Source: Octopus sinensis
Taxonomy: Eukaryota
NCBI RefSeq assembly: GCF_006345805.1
Contig: NC_043002.1
Coordinates: 83,948,001-84,012,000 of the forward strand
DNA length: 64,000 nucleotides
Direction: 5' to 3'
Shown here: positions 1 through 12,746 of the stretch, piece by piece
How positions within the stretch are numbered: position 1 is the stretch's first letter
How the letters are laid out: each line of letters starts with the position of its first letter
Made by a program: the position numbers and the translations under genes
The notes under the pieces: generated by a model
Database searches by the model: none
Told to the model about the DNA's origin: nothing
The model's input: the letters and a program-made list of their open reading frames with translations, nothing else

Positions 1-274
1 TTTTCGTAAACTCTCCCTATTACTATAGAAACCAGTACATTGTAAAAGAAGAGACAGATGTTGTCAACCAAATGTGCAGTTGTAGGAAGACACAAGCCTT
101 GAAAAAGGAAACTGTGTTGCAGAAATGTTGGAGAACAGGGAAGCACGTAAGGGACTGAACAATGGAATATGACATGAACAATCAATATGACATGATGCAA
201 AAATACAAACACAAAACTATGGATTTAAGGGGAATGGTTCATTGCATCAGCTTCAGTAATTGGTTGATACTTCA

Positions 275-750
275 TCAACAATGAGGGTGGAAGATATTAA
301 GCGACTAGAATCCTTCGATCACCTCTGTCTATGCCGGATCCTTCATGTCCGATGGCATCATTTTGTCTCCAACAATTCGGTGCGACACCAGTGCAGAATC
401 ACCTCCTTCCGACAAGTCATCCTAACGAGACGTCCGCGTTGATTGGGTCATGCCCTCCGTCATCAACCAGGAGAATTCATCTACAAAGCAATTGCCCCAG
501 CTCCCCTTCAGGGTTGGCGAAAGTGATATGGTGGACAACGAAAAACCTGGCTGATGACAGTCAAGGCTGATCTGGAACCCAACCTAGGCCCCCAAATCTA
601 CGGTATTCGCCGCTGGAATAGGGAGTGGTTGGAGATCATGCGGTCATTAGCCTCAAATCGCCAGGTCTGGTCAGCGTTTGTGAGAGATGCAGCATTGAGG
701 ATGAATGATGCCAGCTCAACCCACCCCGGGTAAATGCTGTAAGAAGAAGA
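275..750 (+). mobile_element. RTE-clade LINE, 3' fragment (degenerate ORF2 C-terminus)
   Basis: LESFDHLCLCRILHVRW...R*LGHALR...GGQRKTWLMTVKADL with stops and a frameshift; short (AAG)n tail. Confidence 0.75.
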
Positions 751-1513
751 ATACTTCATCAACAAGGAAGGATGAAAGGCTTCAACAAGATTTGAACTGA
801 TAAGGCAAAGAGCCTGAATAAATACTGAGTCATTTGTCATAATGTCATTTTGACACTAATTCTCCTAATCTACTGCCCTAATGATACTGATAATAAATTA
901 TTTTGTTGTTAGAGAAGCAATGAAGGAGAGTGAACATTATGTGTACACAATATGAAACCATGGAGTGGAGAGGTTATGTCATGTGTAATAGAATACAACA
1001 GATGAAAACAACCAAAATATGTCATCAAAAGTAAACAGGCACCTAAAAACCAGTCAGAAAGCTCACAGATCCTGGATTTTAATTATAATTTCTTTATCAT
1101 ATCATCATCATCATCATCGTTTAATGTCCGCTTTCCATGCTGGCATGGGTTGGACTGTTTGACTGGGGACTGGTGAGTCAGATGGCTGCACCAGGCTCCA
1201 ATCTGATCTGGCAGAGTTTCTACAGCTGAATGCCCTTCCTAATGTCAACCATTCCGAGAGTGCAGTGAGTGCTTTTACGTGCCACCGGTACGAGGGCCAG
1301 TCAGGCGGTATTGGCAACAGCTACATTCAAATGGTGTTTTTACATGTCACCTGCACAGGAGCCAGTCCAGCGGCACTGGCAACACCCTCGCTTGAATGTT
1401 GTTTTTCACATACTACAGGCACAAGTACCAGTAAGCAGCCCTAGCAATGATCATGCTCGGCTGGTGCTCTTAGCACTCCAGTAGCACGGGTGCCAGACAT
1501 GCGGTGCTGTCAC

Positions 1514-1579
<66 letters not shown>

Positions 1580-1673
1580 GTCACATATATATATATATAC
1601 ATGACCGCGTGTGTACCGTTGGCAATTTTTTTTTTCCTCCGTCTTCCCTTCTCTGGATCTTTCCATTTCCTAT

Positions 1674-1708
1674 GTTTCTGATGAAGAGCTCCGCTCGAAA
1701 TGTAAAAC
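1674..1708 (+). ncRNA. Minimal type I hammerhead ribozyme motif in a Penelope-like remnant (about 1600-1810)
   Basis: GTTT-CTGATGA-A-GAGC-TCC-GCTC-GAAA-TG-TA-AAAC; the element sits in (TA)n; a second copy lies at 17960-17994 (-) with GAAT. Confidence 0.6.
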
Positions 1709-2518
1709 CCTCCTTCCCTTCCTTCCTGAGCATCCAATAATACTATATTTGTTCCACATCCTCGCGTTGTTGTTTTCTCTTTGTGTTTTCATGTTTGGAT
1801 TAACTTTATATATATATACACACACACACATACATACATGCATACATACATGCATACATACATACATACATACATACATACATACATACATACATACATA
1901 CATACATACATACATACATGCATGCATACCACCACCAGGAATGTGGATGAACAATTCTATTTAATAGAATATATGTTACCTTTCTGGAATTCACAGTTAC
2001 AAACTAACAGAAATCAGCATTTATTCAACCAAATTTCTAAATCTGAATAAAACTCTACCATTGTCACTGATAGGAGTGTCTCCCATCAACTACAATGGCA
2101 GAATGTGATTTGTGATTTGAATTCTGGTTGAACAAATGTTGCATTCTGTCGTCCTGGAACCTTGGGTTCCAGAAAGGTAATATGAATTCTGTTAAAAGGA
2201 GTATGTGGCCTGGTGGTTAGGATGTTGCACTCACAATCTTGAAATTATGGTTTCAATTTCCAGACTGGTGATGCATTGTGTTCTTGAGTAAAACACTTCA
2301 TATCCTGTTGCTCCAGTCCACTCGGCTGTAAATGGGTAACCCTACGATCGACTGGCATTCTGTTCAAGGGTACTATTGGACTGCCTTGCCAGCAGGATGG
2401 CATCACTCAAAAACTACAACAATATGAGGAAGCATTGTGACCAGCAGGGTATAGCTACACCTAATATTTTTGTTAGTACAGTGATACATAACGTTTGTAG
2501 GTCATAGACACATATATA

Positions 2519-2554
<36 letters not shown>

Positions 2555-4610
2555 TGTATGTATGTATGTATGTATGCATGCATGTATGCATGTGACTGTG
2601 TGGTAAAAAGCTTGCTTCCCAACCACATGGTTCTGGGTTCAGTCACACTGCATGGCACCTTGGGCAAGTGTTTTCTCCTATACCCTCAAGCCAACCAAAG
2701 CCTTGTGAGTGGATTTGGTAAGCAGAAACTGGAAGAATGCCATTGTGTGTGTGTATGTGTATATATATATATATATTATATATATATATATTATATATAT
2801 ATATATATACGTGTGTGTGTGCATGTATATATTTGTGTGTGTGTATGTGTGTTTGTCCCTCCACCATCACTTAACAAATGATGCTGGTGTGTTTATGTCC
2901 CAGTAACTTAGTGGTTTGGAAAAAAATACCGATAGAATAAGTGCTAGGCTTACAAAGAATAAGTCCTGGGATCGATTTCTTCGACTGATACCCTTTGAGG
3001 CAGTGCTCCAACATGGCCACAGTCAAATGACAGAAACGAGTAAAAGAATACACACACACATATATATATTTCAGAACATGGCAACATTAGATATCATTTG
3101 ACTGTGTGGTTAAGAAGTTTCTTTACCAATCACATGGTCCTGGTTCAGACCCACTGTGTGATGCCATGGGCAAGTATCTTTTACTGTAACTCCAGATTGA
3201 CCAAAGCGTTGTGAATGAATTTGTTAGATGGAAACTGAATGAAAGAAAGGTATGTGTGTGTGGATTCAATTCATATTTTCTCTCATCTTCATGTGTGGTT
3301 GCTGGTTGTAAATAATGATCTTGCAAGCAAAAGATGTTTTGTTTGTTTTCAATCTTCTGTGTAAACCTGTCCAGCCACAGGGAAATATTACCTTGTTTGG
3401 AAACAGGTTTGGCCATAGAAAGTCTACCACAGTGAATTCTTTCTGATCCATGAAGTTTGGAAAAATGGACATTAAAATGACAGATTCTAACAAAGCACTT
3501 TTATTATCTCAAATACTTGTAGGCATGTTCTCCAAAATGTGCCAAATTCTTTGTGATTATAGCCAAGGCCTATATGAGTGGTGGAGACAGTCAAGGGCCA
3601 AGAAAACCAAGGAAGGACATACGAATATTTGATAGGCTCTTTTCTCAAAACAACAATCTCTCCCTTTGAATTTTCAAAGGATCTGCCCCTGGGGTCCAAA
3701 AGCATTTTTGTTCTGTTTTACAACCTATTTCACTCAGAACCCCTGATTATAACACAAGGCATGATCGATATTATTTTTATATTTCTGAAATCATAATGAT
3801 TTCTTACATTAGTATATTAGTATATTAGAGAGTATAGTCCATTCAATTGATCCCTGCATAATTACTTCTGATTATCTTATGGACCCTGGTTGACATTGGA
3901 CAAATGAAAAGTAAGAGTGAATTTGGCAGTTTTTTTTTTTTTTTTTTTTTTTTTGTTATCTTGTTGATTCTGTCTGTTGACTGCTGTACTCAGTTTATGG
4001 ATAATCCTTTCAACTATAGGCACAAGACTTGAAATATTGGCAGGAGGAAGTAGTCAATTACATCATTTCCAGTACTCAACTGGTACTTATTTCATCAACC
4101 CAGAAAGGATAAAAGGCAAAAAATCCACATCAGTGGAATATGAACTTACATGCCGGTGGCACGTAAAAAGCACCATCCGATCGTGGCCGTTTGCCAGCCT
4201 CGCCTGGCCTCCATGCCGGTGGCACGTAAAAAGCACCATCAGACCGTGGCCATTTGCCAGACTTGTCTGGCACCTGTGCAGGTGGCACGTAAAAAGCACC
4301 CATTACACTCATGGAGTGGTTGGCGTTAGGAAGGGCATCCAGCCGTAGAAACATTGCCAGATCAGACTGGAGTCTGGTGCAGCCTTCTGGCTTCCCAGAC
4401 CCCAGTTGCACCATCTAACCCATGCCAGCATGGAAAGCGGACGCTAAACGAGGATGATGATGATGATGAATGTAAAACTAAAAGAAATTCCACTAACCAT
4501 TTTGTGTGATATGTTAATGATTCTGCTAGTTTGCAACTCTTCAATTTATGAATAATATGCAATGTTACTCTCTCTGTCTCTATCTCATTCTTTCCTTCTT
4601 TTTTTTTCAG

Positions 4611-4692
4611 GTTGGAAGCAGTGTGGGAGCTTGCAATTAGCTCGCTCTAAAGACCGACTCATCTACTTCCAACGAGCAGAGGCTAGAGCCAA
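4611..4692 (+). CDS. PDPR: PDPR exon (G)[26 protein letters not shown](K)
   Basis: ttttcag acceptor, gtaaat donor, phase 1 to 2. Confidence 0.88.
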
Positions 4693-7600
4693 GTAAATAT
4701 TAAAGTATATTTTTTTTTTGCCAAATTGTACATTTATCCCTTTGTATAGTGGCCCTTCTTGTTGATGTTAACTCCCTCTCAACTGTATGTTATCACTCTT
4801 ATAAACTGGTTCTAATTGTAATAACTAGTAAGTGGTAAATATAGTGATAAATTAAATTAAATTATCTTTTTACATTTTTAATCCATACTGGTATGGACTG
4901 AATTGAATTATCTCAGTTTGTGCTTGTTTTTATTCAGAGTTATTATCCTCTTAGATGGACTGAGGAAACCACATCTCTCTCATACATTTTAAGTTTGGCA
5001 TGATTTCTATGGCTGGATGCCCTTCCTAATCCAACCACTTTACAGAGTGTAGTGAGTGCATTTTATCATAGCATTAGCACCAGAGAAATTGTCATGCCTT
5101 TATCAAGTCTAAGAGTTCTCTTGAATCTATGTCTCCACTTATTTACCAATCACTTTACAGAGTGTACTGGATGCATTTTATTGTGGCACCAGCCCTTGTG
5201 AGGTTACCCTGTACCTTGCAATGGAAAACATTCTGTCACTACTCTACAATGTCACCATCAGTACACAGCAATGTGACCAATAGAGTGAGTAGTCGCAGGG
5301 CCGGATTAAGACCCATAAAGGTCCTAAGCACATTAAAGATTTTGGCTCCCCCATATATATGTCAGTCAATATATAAAACAATAATAGCCATAAAATATAT
5401 TTTTATTTTTTAAAATGAGAAAAAACTAACAGTAAGATGGAAAATAATGTTTATTTTTGTATATTTCCACTTTATTTATATTTGAAAGGTTTTCACCTTT
5501 TTTTTAAATTGCAAAGTCTTTGATCAGATCCTCGCTATGAACACTTTGAAATTATATTTCCGATCATATAAACCACTTCAAAACTACCCTAGGTTACTGT
5601 GCCTGTATAAACAATATAATCAAACAAAATAGCTAATTAACTTTAAATATCTTCTTTTTTGCATCTTTTTATTTGTCTGAAAGACTGACTAAAAGATAGC
5701 TATTTGACAATACTAAATGTTATTGTTATTTACTCCCAGACAAAATGGTCCAGAAGCACACATTATTACTGCTAAAGAGGTTAAAGATAAATGTCCAGAA
5801 ATCCGTCATGAAGATCTCGAGGTAACTAATTCTTTCTTTGAGTTGGTTCTTATTCAAAGTTATTGTCCTCTTAGATAGGTCAGGAGACTATGTCTTTCTC
5901 ATGTTTTTTTTAATTTTCATTTTGTTTTGTTTTGTTTTTAAAGTTTGATATGGTTTCTATTTCTGGATGCCTTTCCTAACGCTGACCAAATTTTTAAAAT
6001 ATCTATTGTTGCTACTATCAGCACCACAAATAGGATAAGGATCATCATCAACTTATCCATATTTTGAGATGATTGGAAGGATTTACATTTTGCAAACCCA
6101 TATCCTTGTATACTTTCACCCTTAGATTCTTCTATGCATGTCACCATGTTTTCTAAGCTAGGATCCTAACAACTACTCTTGTAAATATGAACAATTGTCA
6201 CAACATGGGACAAATTGCCTTGCAACATTCAGCTGTTACTATTGGGTTGTCTGGAAAGTTCATGCCAATTTTTAAAGGAAAGAAAAAAGTCAATGAATAC
6301 ATGCCATAACATTTTTAATCAACCAAATATGAACCATTGTTTTGCACAATGCGTCTCCATCTTTCCTTTAACTTGAAAATACCATCTTCCCAGAATTGAA
6401 GTGGTTTCATGGCAAAGAATTCATCAAGGTATCTTTTTACATCATCCAAGGAATTGAAATTTTTACCATTAAGAGACCTGAATAAGTGGAAATCCCAAGG
6501 AACAATATCTGGTGAATATGGAGGGTGGGGTAACACATCCCAGCCAAGCTGCATCAATTTTTGTCTGGTTCCCAAAGCATCAAGTGCCGAAAATGAACTT
6601 TTTTATCTTCCGGACTTTCTTATCTTCCATTTTAAAGGGTTACAGAATTAACACAGGTTATAGAAACATAAACCTTCTTCCACAAAAAGATAGCTTAAAC
6701 TGTGCTCTAAATGGAGGTGTAGTCAAATCCTATTTTATGGACTCAACCATGTTCTAAAATAAGTCGAAAGGTAAGCTACTATAAATCAGCACAAATTTTC
6801 CGGACAACCCAATATTTACATTCTCTGCATTCAAAGTTTGCCAAGGTCAACTCCACCTTTAATCCCTTCAGGATTGATAAGATAAAGTAACTTGCTAAGT
6901 GCAATTTAATGTTCCTATAAGTGAACCCTAGATGTGGGTAAATTTATGATAGAAGTCTAAGATACCAAGTGATCTATTTTGGCCTAAAATAACTTTGTTC
7001 TAACAAATCATGGTACTTTATATACAATGATCCTCATATATTACAACTGTCTCATCTTAAAGTATCATTCATTGCTGTTAAATGGTTATTTTCTCTGCTA
7101 GTTTTCACTAGTCCTTTTGCTAATTTCATTCAATCATTTCTGTATTCATGAATTTCCCTAATAATTATTTTCTCACTTTATAGCTAAATTTTCCACCTCC
7201 CCTGTCTGTTTGTCACTTTCATTCTTTCTGAAGATAGACACACATACACAGACACACACATATATATTATCATCACCATCCCACCCATGCTAGCATGGAA
7301 GGCAGACATTAAACAACGATGATGATGATATGATGATGATGATCATCATCATCGTTTAATGTCTGCCTTCCATGCTGACATGGGTTGGATATATATACAT
7401 ATATATAATATATATATACATAAATGTATTTATGTATGTATGTACACATACACGCACATGCACACACATATAAAAGATAATTTTTCTCTTTCTCTCTTTC
7501 AGGGTGCTTTATGGGTACCTGGTGATGGTGTTGTTAATCCTACTGACCTTCTCATGGTCTATGCTAAGCTAGCAAAAGAAAAAGGTGAGTCATTTCAAGA

Positions 7601-10600
7601 ATTCTTTACCGCTTTGACACTTTTGTAGATGCACAGGCATGGCTGTGTGGTTAAGAAGCTGACTTCCCAACCATGTGCTTTTGGCATATACGGTTTTTTT
7701 TTTTTCTTATCTTTCAAAGAGAAGTCAGTACCCATGACACTTTATAGGGCCTACAAGAATGGTGCAAGAGGAATGTTAGCATGCCGGGTGAAATGCTTTG
7801 TGGTATTTCATCCGCCACTGTGTTCTGAGCTCAAATTCTGCCGAGGTTGACTTTGCCTTTCATCCTTTCAGGGTTGATAAATTAAGTACCAGTGGCGCAC
7901 TGGGGTCGATGTAATCAACTTAATCCGTTTTTCTGTCCTTGTTTGTCTCCTCTGTGTTTAGCCCCTTGTGGGTAATAAAGAAATAAGAGTGGTGCAAGAG
8001 GTTTGATCCAGTTACTTGTTATAAAATGAGGTTCACAAAAGGTACCCAAAGTACTGCACAATGCTTTCAGTCTACATTTCACATATGTCGTAGCTTAATT
8101 AATGCTCAGAATGCAAAAAGCTTCAGCAAATATGCAGAAGCATCTGGGATGAGTTTTTTTTTTAGTTCTACTCAGCCACCATCCTGGATTGCTGCTTTTT
8201 TATCAACAGTGAAAGGATGAAAGGTACAGTTGGCTTCAGTGGGATTTGAACTCAGAACAAATAGAATCAAGACAAATATAGTAAAGCATTCTGATGTAAT
8301 CTCCAGGGATACAGGCATCCAGCAACAGGACCTCCGCAATGCTATGATGGACTGTGAAGTCTGGCGTAGCATGGTAAATTCCATTGCCTCGACCACGGCC
8401 GAACAATGATGATGATGATGTGGGTGGATACACATGTGTCTGTGTTTCCTTGCACAATATTTTAATTTAAAAACAAGAATGGCATGGCTCTGTGGTTAAG
8501 GGGCTTGCTTTGCAGTCATGTGGTCTTGGGTTCAGTTCCACTGTGTGACTTCTTAGCCAAGTGTCTTCTGCTACAGTCCTAGATCAGGTAATGCATTTAG
8601 AGTGAATTTGGGAGCTGGAAACTGTGTGAAAGCTTGTTATATAATGTGTGTGTGTGTGTCTTTGTGGTTGTTCCCCCTTCAACACTTAATAATGGATGTT
8701 TATTTGTTTACATCCTCGTGACTTAGTGGTTCGGCAAAAAACTCCAATAGAAAAAGTACCAGAGTTAAAATTAAGTCTGACTCCAAAGAATGAAACAAGT
8801 AAAAAACTAAAAAAAAAGATGAATAAAAAAATAATCTATTCCTCTTCACTCTAAATTGAATTGTATGTATGCGTACAAGTATGTGCATGTATATATGCAT
8901 GTGTATGTGTGCTTGTTTGCATATATGTGCATGTACAAGGTGTAATGGGTAAATTGTTGCCATTTTATATTTTTAATTTAAAGCATGTGGTTTGTTTGTT
9001 TTTTTATTTTGTTAACTACACTGTATGGTAGAGTCAGTTGGGCAGTGTCTGTAAGAAAAACAGCACCCATGACACAATTCATTCTGCCAGAAATTTGGAA
9101 ACGGCATGCTGTCACACCAGAAGCTCCAATATGAACATTTCAGAGTGTTTGGGTGTTAATCTGAGGACAGTGCAGAGGATTTGGATACCTAAAAATCAAA
9201 CATCCAGTCAACATCATGGTGTTTCGAATGTTCACTAGTGATGGCAACATTCTACTTCCATTCATCTTCCCACACGGCCTCAGACTCAAGACACAGGCCT
9301 ACATCAAGTGCCTGGAGGAGGTAGTGCTGCCCTGGGTCAAGAGGGTGACTGCTGGAAGATCCTATGTCTGGCAACAGGACTCTGCACCATGCCACACAAG
9401 CAGGAGAACCCAGTCATGGCTGTCAGACAATTTCTGTGACCACATCACCCCTAATCTGGCCACTTAACTCCCCAGACTGCAACCCCCTTCATTATTATGT
9501 GTGGGGCACAGTTGAGCAAGAAACCAACAAAACTCCTTGTAACACCAAAGATGAACTGAAGGCAAGGATTATGGCAGCATTCACCAACTTAAACAAGGAG
9601 ACCATCCAGAAGAGTAGCAGGAGATTCCAAAGTCATCTGGAAGCCATGGTTGAAACCAATGGCGATTTTATTGAATAAATTTACTCTTTAGTCTTTCAAG
9701 ATATTTTTATATAATTTTGGAAAATATATCTGTCAAAATGAGTTGTCAGTGTAATTTTCATTTTTGCGTAATTTATATGACAGTTTATTCACCACAACCT
9801 GTATATCTATGTGTGGAATTTGAAAAACACATCCAGCCCATGCTAACACAGAAAAATCTATGAAAAAGTTTTAAAGTTTTCATTTTGATACAAAGAAACA
9901 TAAGTGACATCATCTTTAAATTTGTAAATGTTTTCTGTATAGGGGAGTCCAGACATGAAAACTGAAAACTGAAAGAAGCCTGTCACATGTGTGACACCAT
10001 TCAAAGGCTAAAACAATGCAAAGCGCAATGCCACCAGCAATGTATAACAACATCTGATCATTGGGTCAATACTGTGATAGATATATATATATGTGAATAA
10101 ATATATGTGTGTGTGTGTGTGTTTAAACACATATCTATGCCACATCTAGAACCTGCACTCAATCAGTTCTATGATTTAAATTGGTTTTGGTACCTACATA
10201 TCTGCAGTATCCCCCAAACATATAATACCTACAGGATCCTTCTACTTCACTGTGAACTTTATGTTATTGTACCTAGCCATTTCTGGCATCCTACATGTTG
10301 ATGTGCCTAGATTCCATAGAATATTATAACTATATATAATAACCAGCCCATTTAAAAAGTACCTTTGAATTGTTGGTTGACACACTATGCTTGAGGAAAC
10401 TTATTGAGTCAAATAAAATCAAAAATCAAAATCAATATCACAATCAGAATCTCAATCAAATGGAAATTGTAGTTGTTGCCGATGCCAGTGCCACCTGACT
10501 GGGCTCCTATGCTGGTGGCATGCAATAAGCCCTATTCATGCATGGGTCATTGCTAGTGTCGCCTGACTGGCTCCCTGTTCAAGTGACATATAAAAAGTAC

Positions 10601-11495
10601 CATCTGAACGTGGTCGATGCCAGCCTTCCCCCAACCACCACCATGCCCCAACTGGCTCCTGTACTGGTGGCATGTAAAAAGCACCATCCAAATGTGGCTG
10701 ATGCCAGTGCCACCTGACTGGCTCCCGTGCTGGTGGCACATAAAAAGCACCCACTACACTCTTGGAATGGTTGATGTTAGGAAGGACATCTGATTCAGAT
10801 CAGATTGGAGCCTGGCACAGCCTCCTGGTTGCCAGTCCCCACTCAAACCATCCAACCAATGGCAGCATGGAAAACAGACGTTAAACAATGATGATGATGA
10901 TGATACCTAGTTATTTTTACCAAAATCTAATAACAAAGTTCTCAAATTTAAAATATGTTGTTTTTGTTTCAAAATGTAATTAAACTCTTATTATTTGCCT
11001 CCATAGGTGTTAAAATTTTTGAAGGTATCCAGGTTTTCCAAATCCCAACAGAAAACCTCAAAGTATCAACTGTGTTAACAAGCCATGGCAAAATCCGGTG
11101 TGAATATTTCGTCAATTGTGCAGGAATGGTGAGTTAAGACGAATTAAGTATAAGTATTCTTGCACATTTCCATTCACGTGACAAACCATTTTGTTTTGTT
11201 CTTTTTTTTTGGGGGGGGGGGGGGGGTTTCCAGGTAACTATTTCATTTCATACATTTCATATGTGATCCAGGAGTTCACTTTGCAATCATATGGGTCTGG
11301 GATTTAGTCCTACTGCATGGTGCTTTGAGCAAGTGTTTTCTACTACAGCTTCTGACTGATCGATGTCATGTGAGTTGATTTGTTAGACAGAAACTGAAAG
11401 ATGCTCATCTATATATCATCATCATTATCATCATCGTTTAGCGTCCGTTCTCCATGCTAAGCATGGGTTGGACGGTTCGACCGAGTATCTGGGAA

Positions 11496-11527
<32 letters not shown>

Positions 11528-12697
11528 GTATATAAATATATATTGGTAAAAACGGTAAGATAACAAAAGAAAGAAAGAGACCTCAATATATGTAACGGTC
11601 TTTTTTCACAGCGTTTTTCAGATGGCCAGATAACCGAATAGATGGTGTTGTGGATTTCCACCTAGGCATCCGAAACTCAAAGTTTTATCTTGGCTATTGA
11701 ATAATTGTCACATATTATTTTACAGATATATAAATGATCGTTGGCCCCTATACGCAATTTTTTTTCTCTCCTTGTTTCTTTTCTGTGTATCTTTCTGTCG
11801 AAGAGCATAGGCTCGAAACGTAAAAGACTTTTTCTATTTCTATTCCTAATACATTGTTTGTTTGTACTCCACCTGCCTTTGTCTTTTGTTTATTTTCGTA
11901 AACCTTCCCGTTATATATATAGATATATATATTGGCTGCTGTGCTCGTGGTATGCAATAAGCACCATGCATGTGTGGATCATTGCTAATGCTGCCATATT
12001 GGCTCCTCGTGCCAGTGCCACATAAAAAGCACCATTCGAACGTGGTCGATGCCAGCCACCCTACCCCGACTGGCTCCTGTGCCAGTAGCATGTAAAAAGT
12101 ACCTTCCAAACGTGGCTGATGCCAGTGCCATCTGACTGGCTCCTGCAGTAGCACGTAAAAAGCACCTACTACACTCTCAGAGTGGTTGGTGTTAGGAAGG
12201 GAATCCAGCTGTTGAAACACTACCAGATCAGATTGGAGCCTGGTGCAACCTCCTGGCTTGCCAGTCCCCAGTCAAACCGTCCAACCCATGCCAGCATGGA
12301 AACAAACATTACACGATGATGAGGATGATGATGATTCAGACAGTGCATATTCAAGAGAAAAAACAGACACAGTTTACCAGCTGATGATCAGAAATGAGAA
12401 ACTCTGAGTAGTGGAAATTGGAGCCTTTCAATTATAATGTACTAACAGAGATACCTGGCATTGCTCAGGGTTACAAGGACAATAGTTTTTAATTGTTTTA
12501 ATTGTTTCGGTCATGTGACTGCAGCCATGCTGGTGCACTGCTTTTAGCCGAAAAGATCAACCTCAGGATTTATTCTTTGTAAGCCAAGTTTTTATCTGTC
12601 GATGTGTTTTGCCAAACGGCTAAGTTATGGTGACATAAACTCAGCAGCATCGGTTGTCAAGCGATGGTGGGGGTACAGACACACACACACACTCTCA

Positions 12698-12746
<49 letters not shown>

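Noticed and set aside
1451-2906. Y/I/H/T/C/V-rich ORFs here and at 17627-18727, 27493-28213 and elsewhere
   Set aside because: They are translations of (TA)n, (CATA)n and (TG)n microsatellites.
4611-7584. Three consecutive PDPR exons of exactly 82 nt
   Set aside because: They share no sequence similarity and encode consecutive, different parts of the FAD domain, so this is treated as coincidence.
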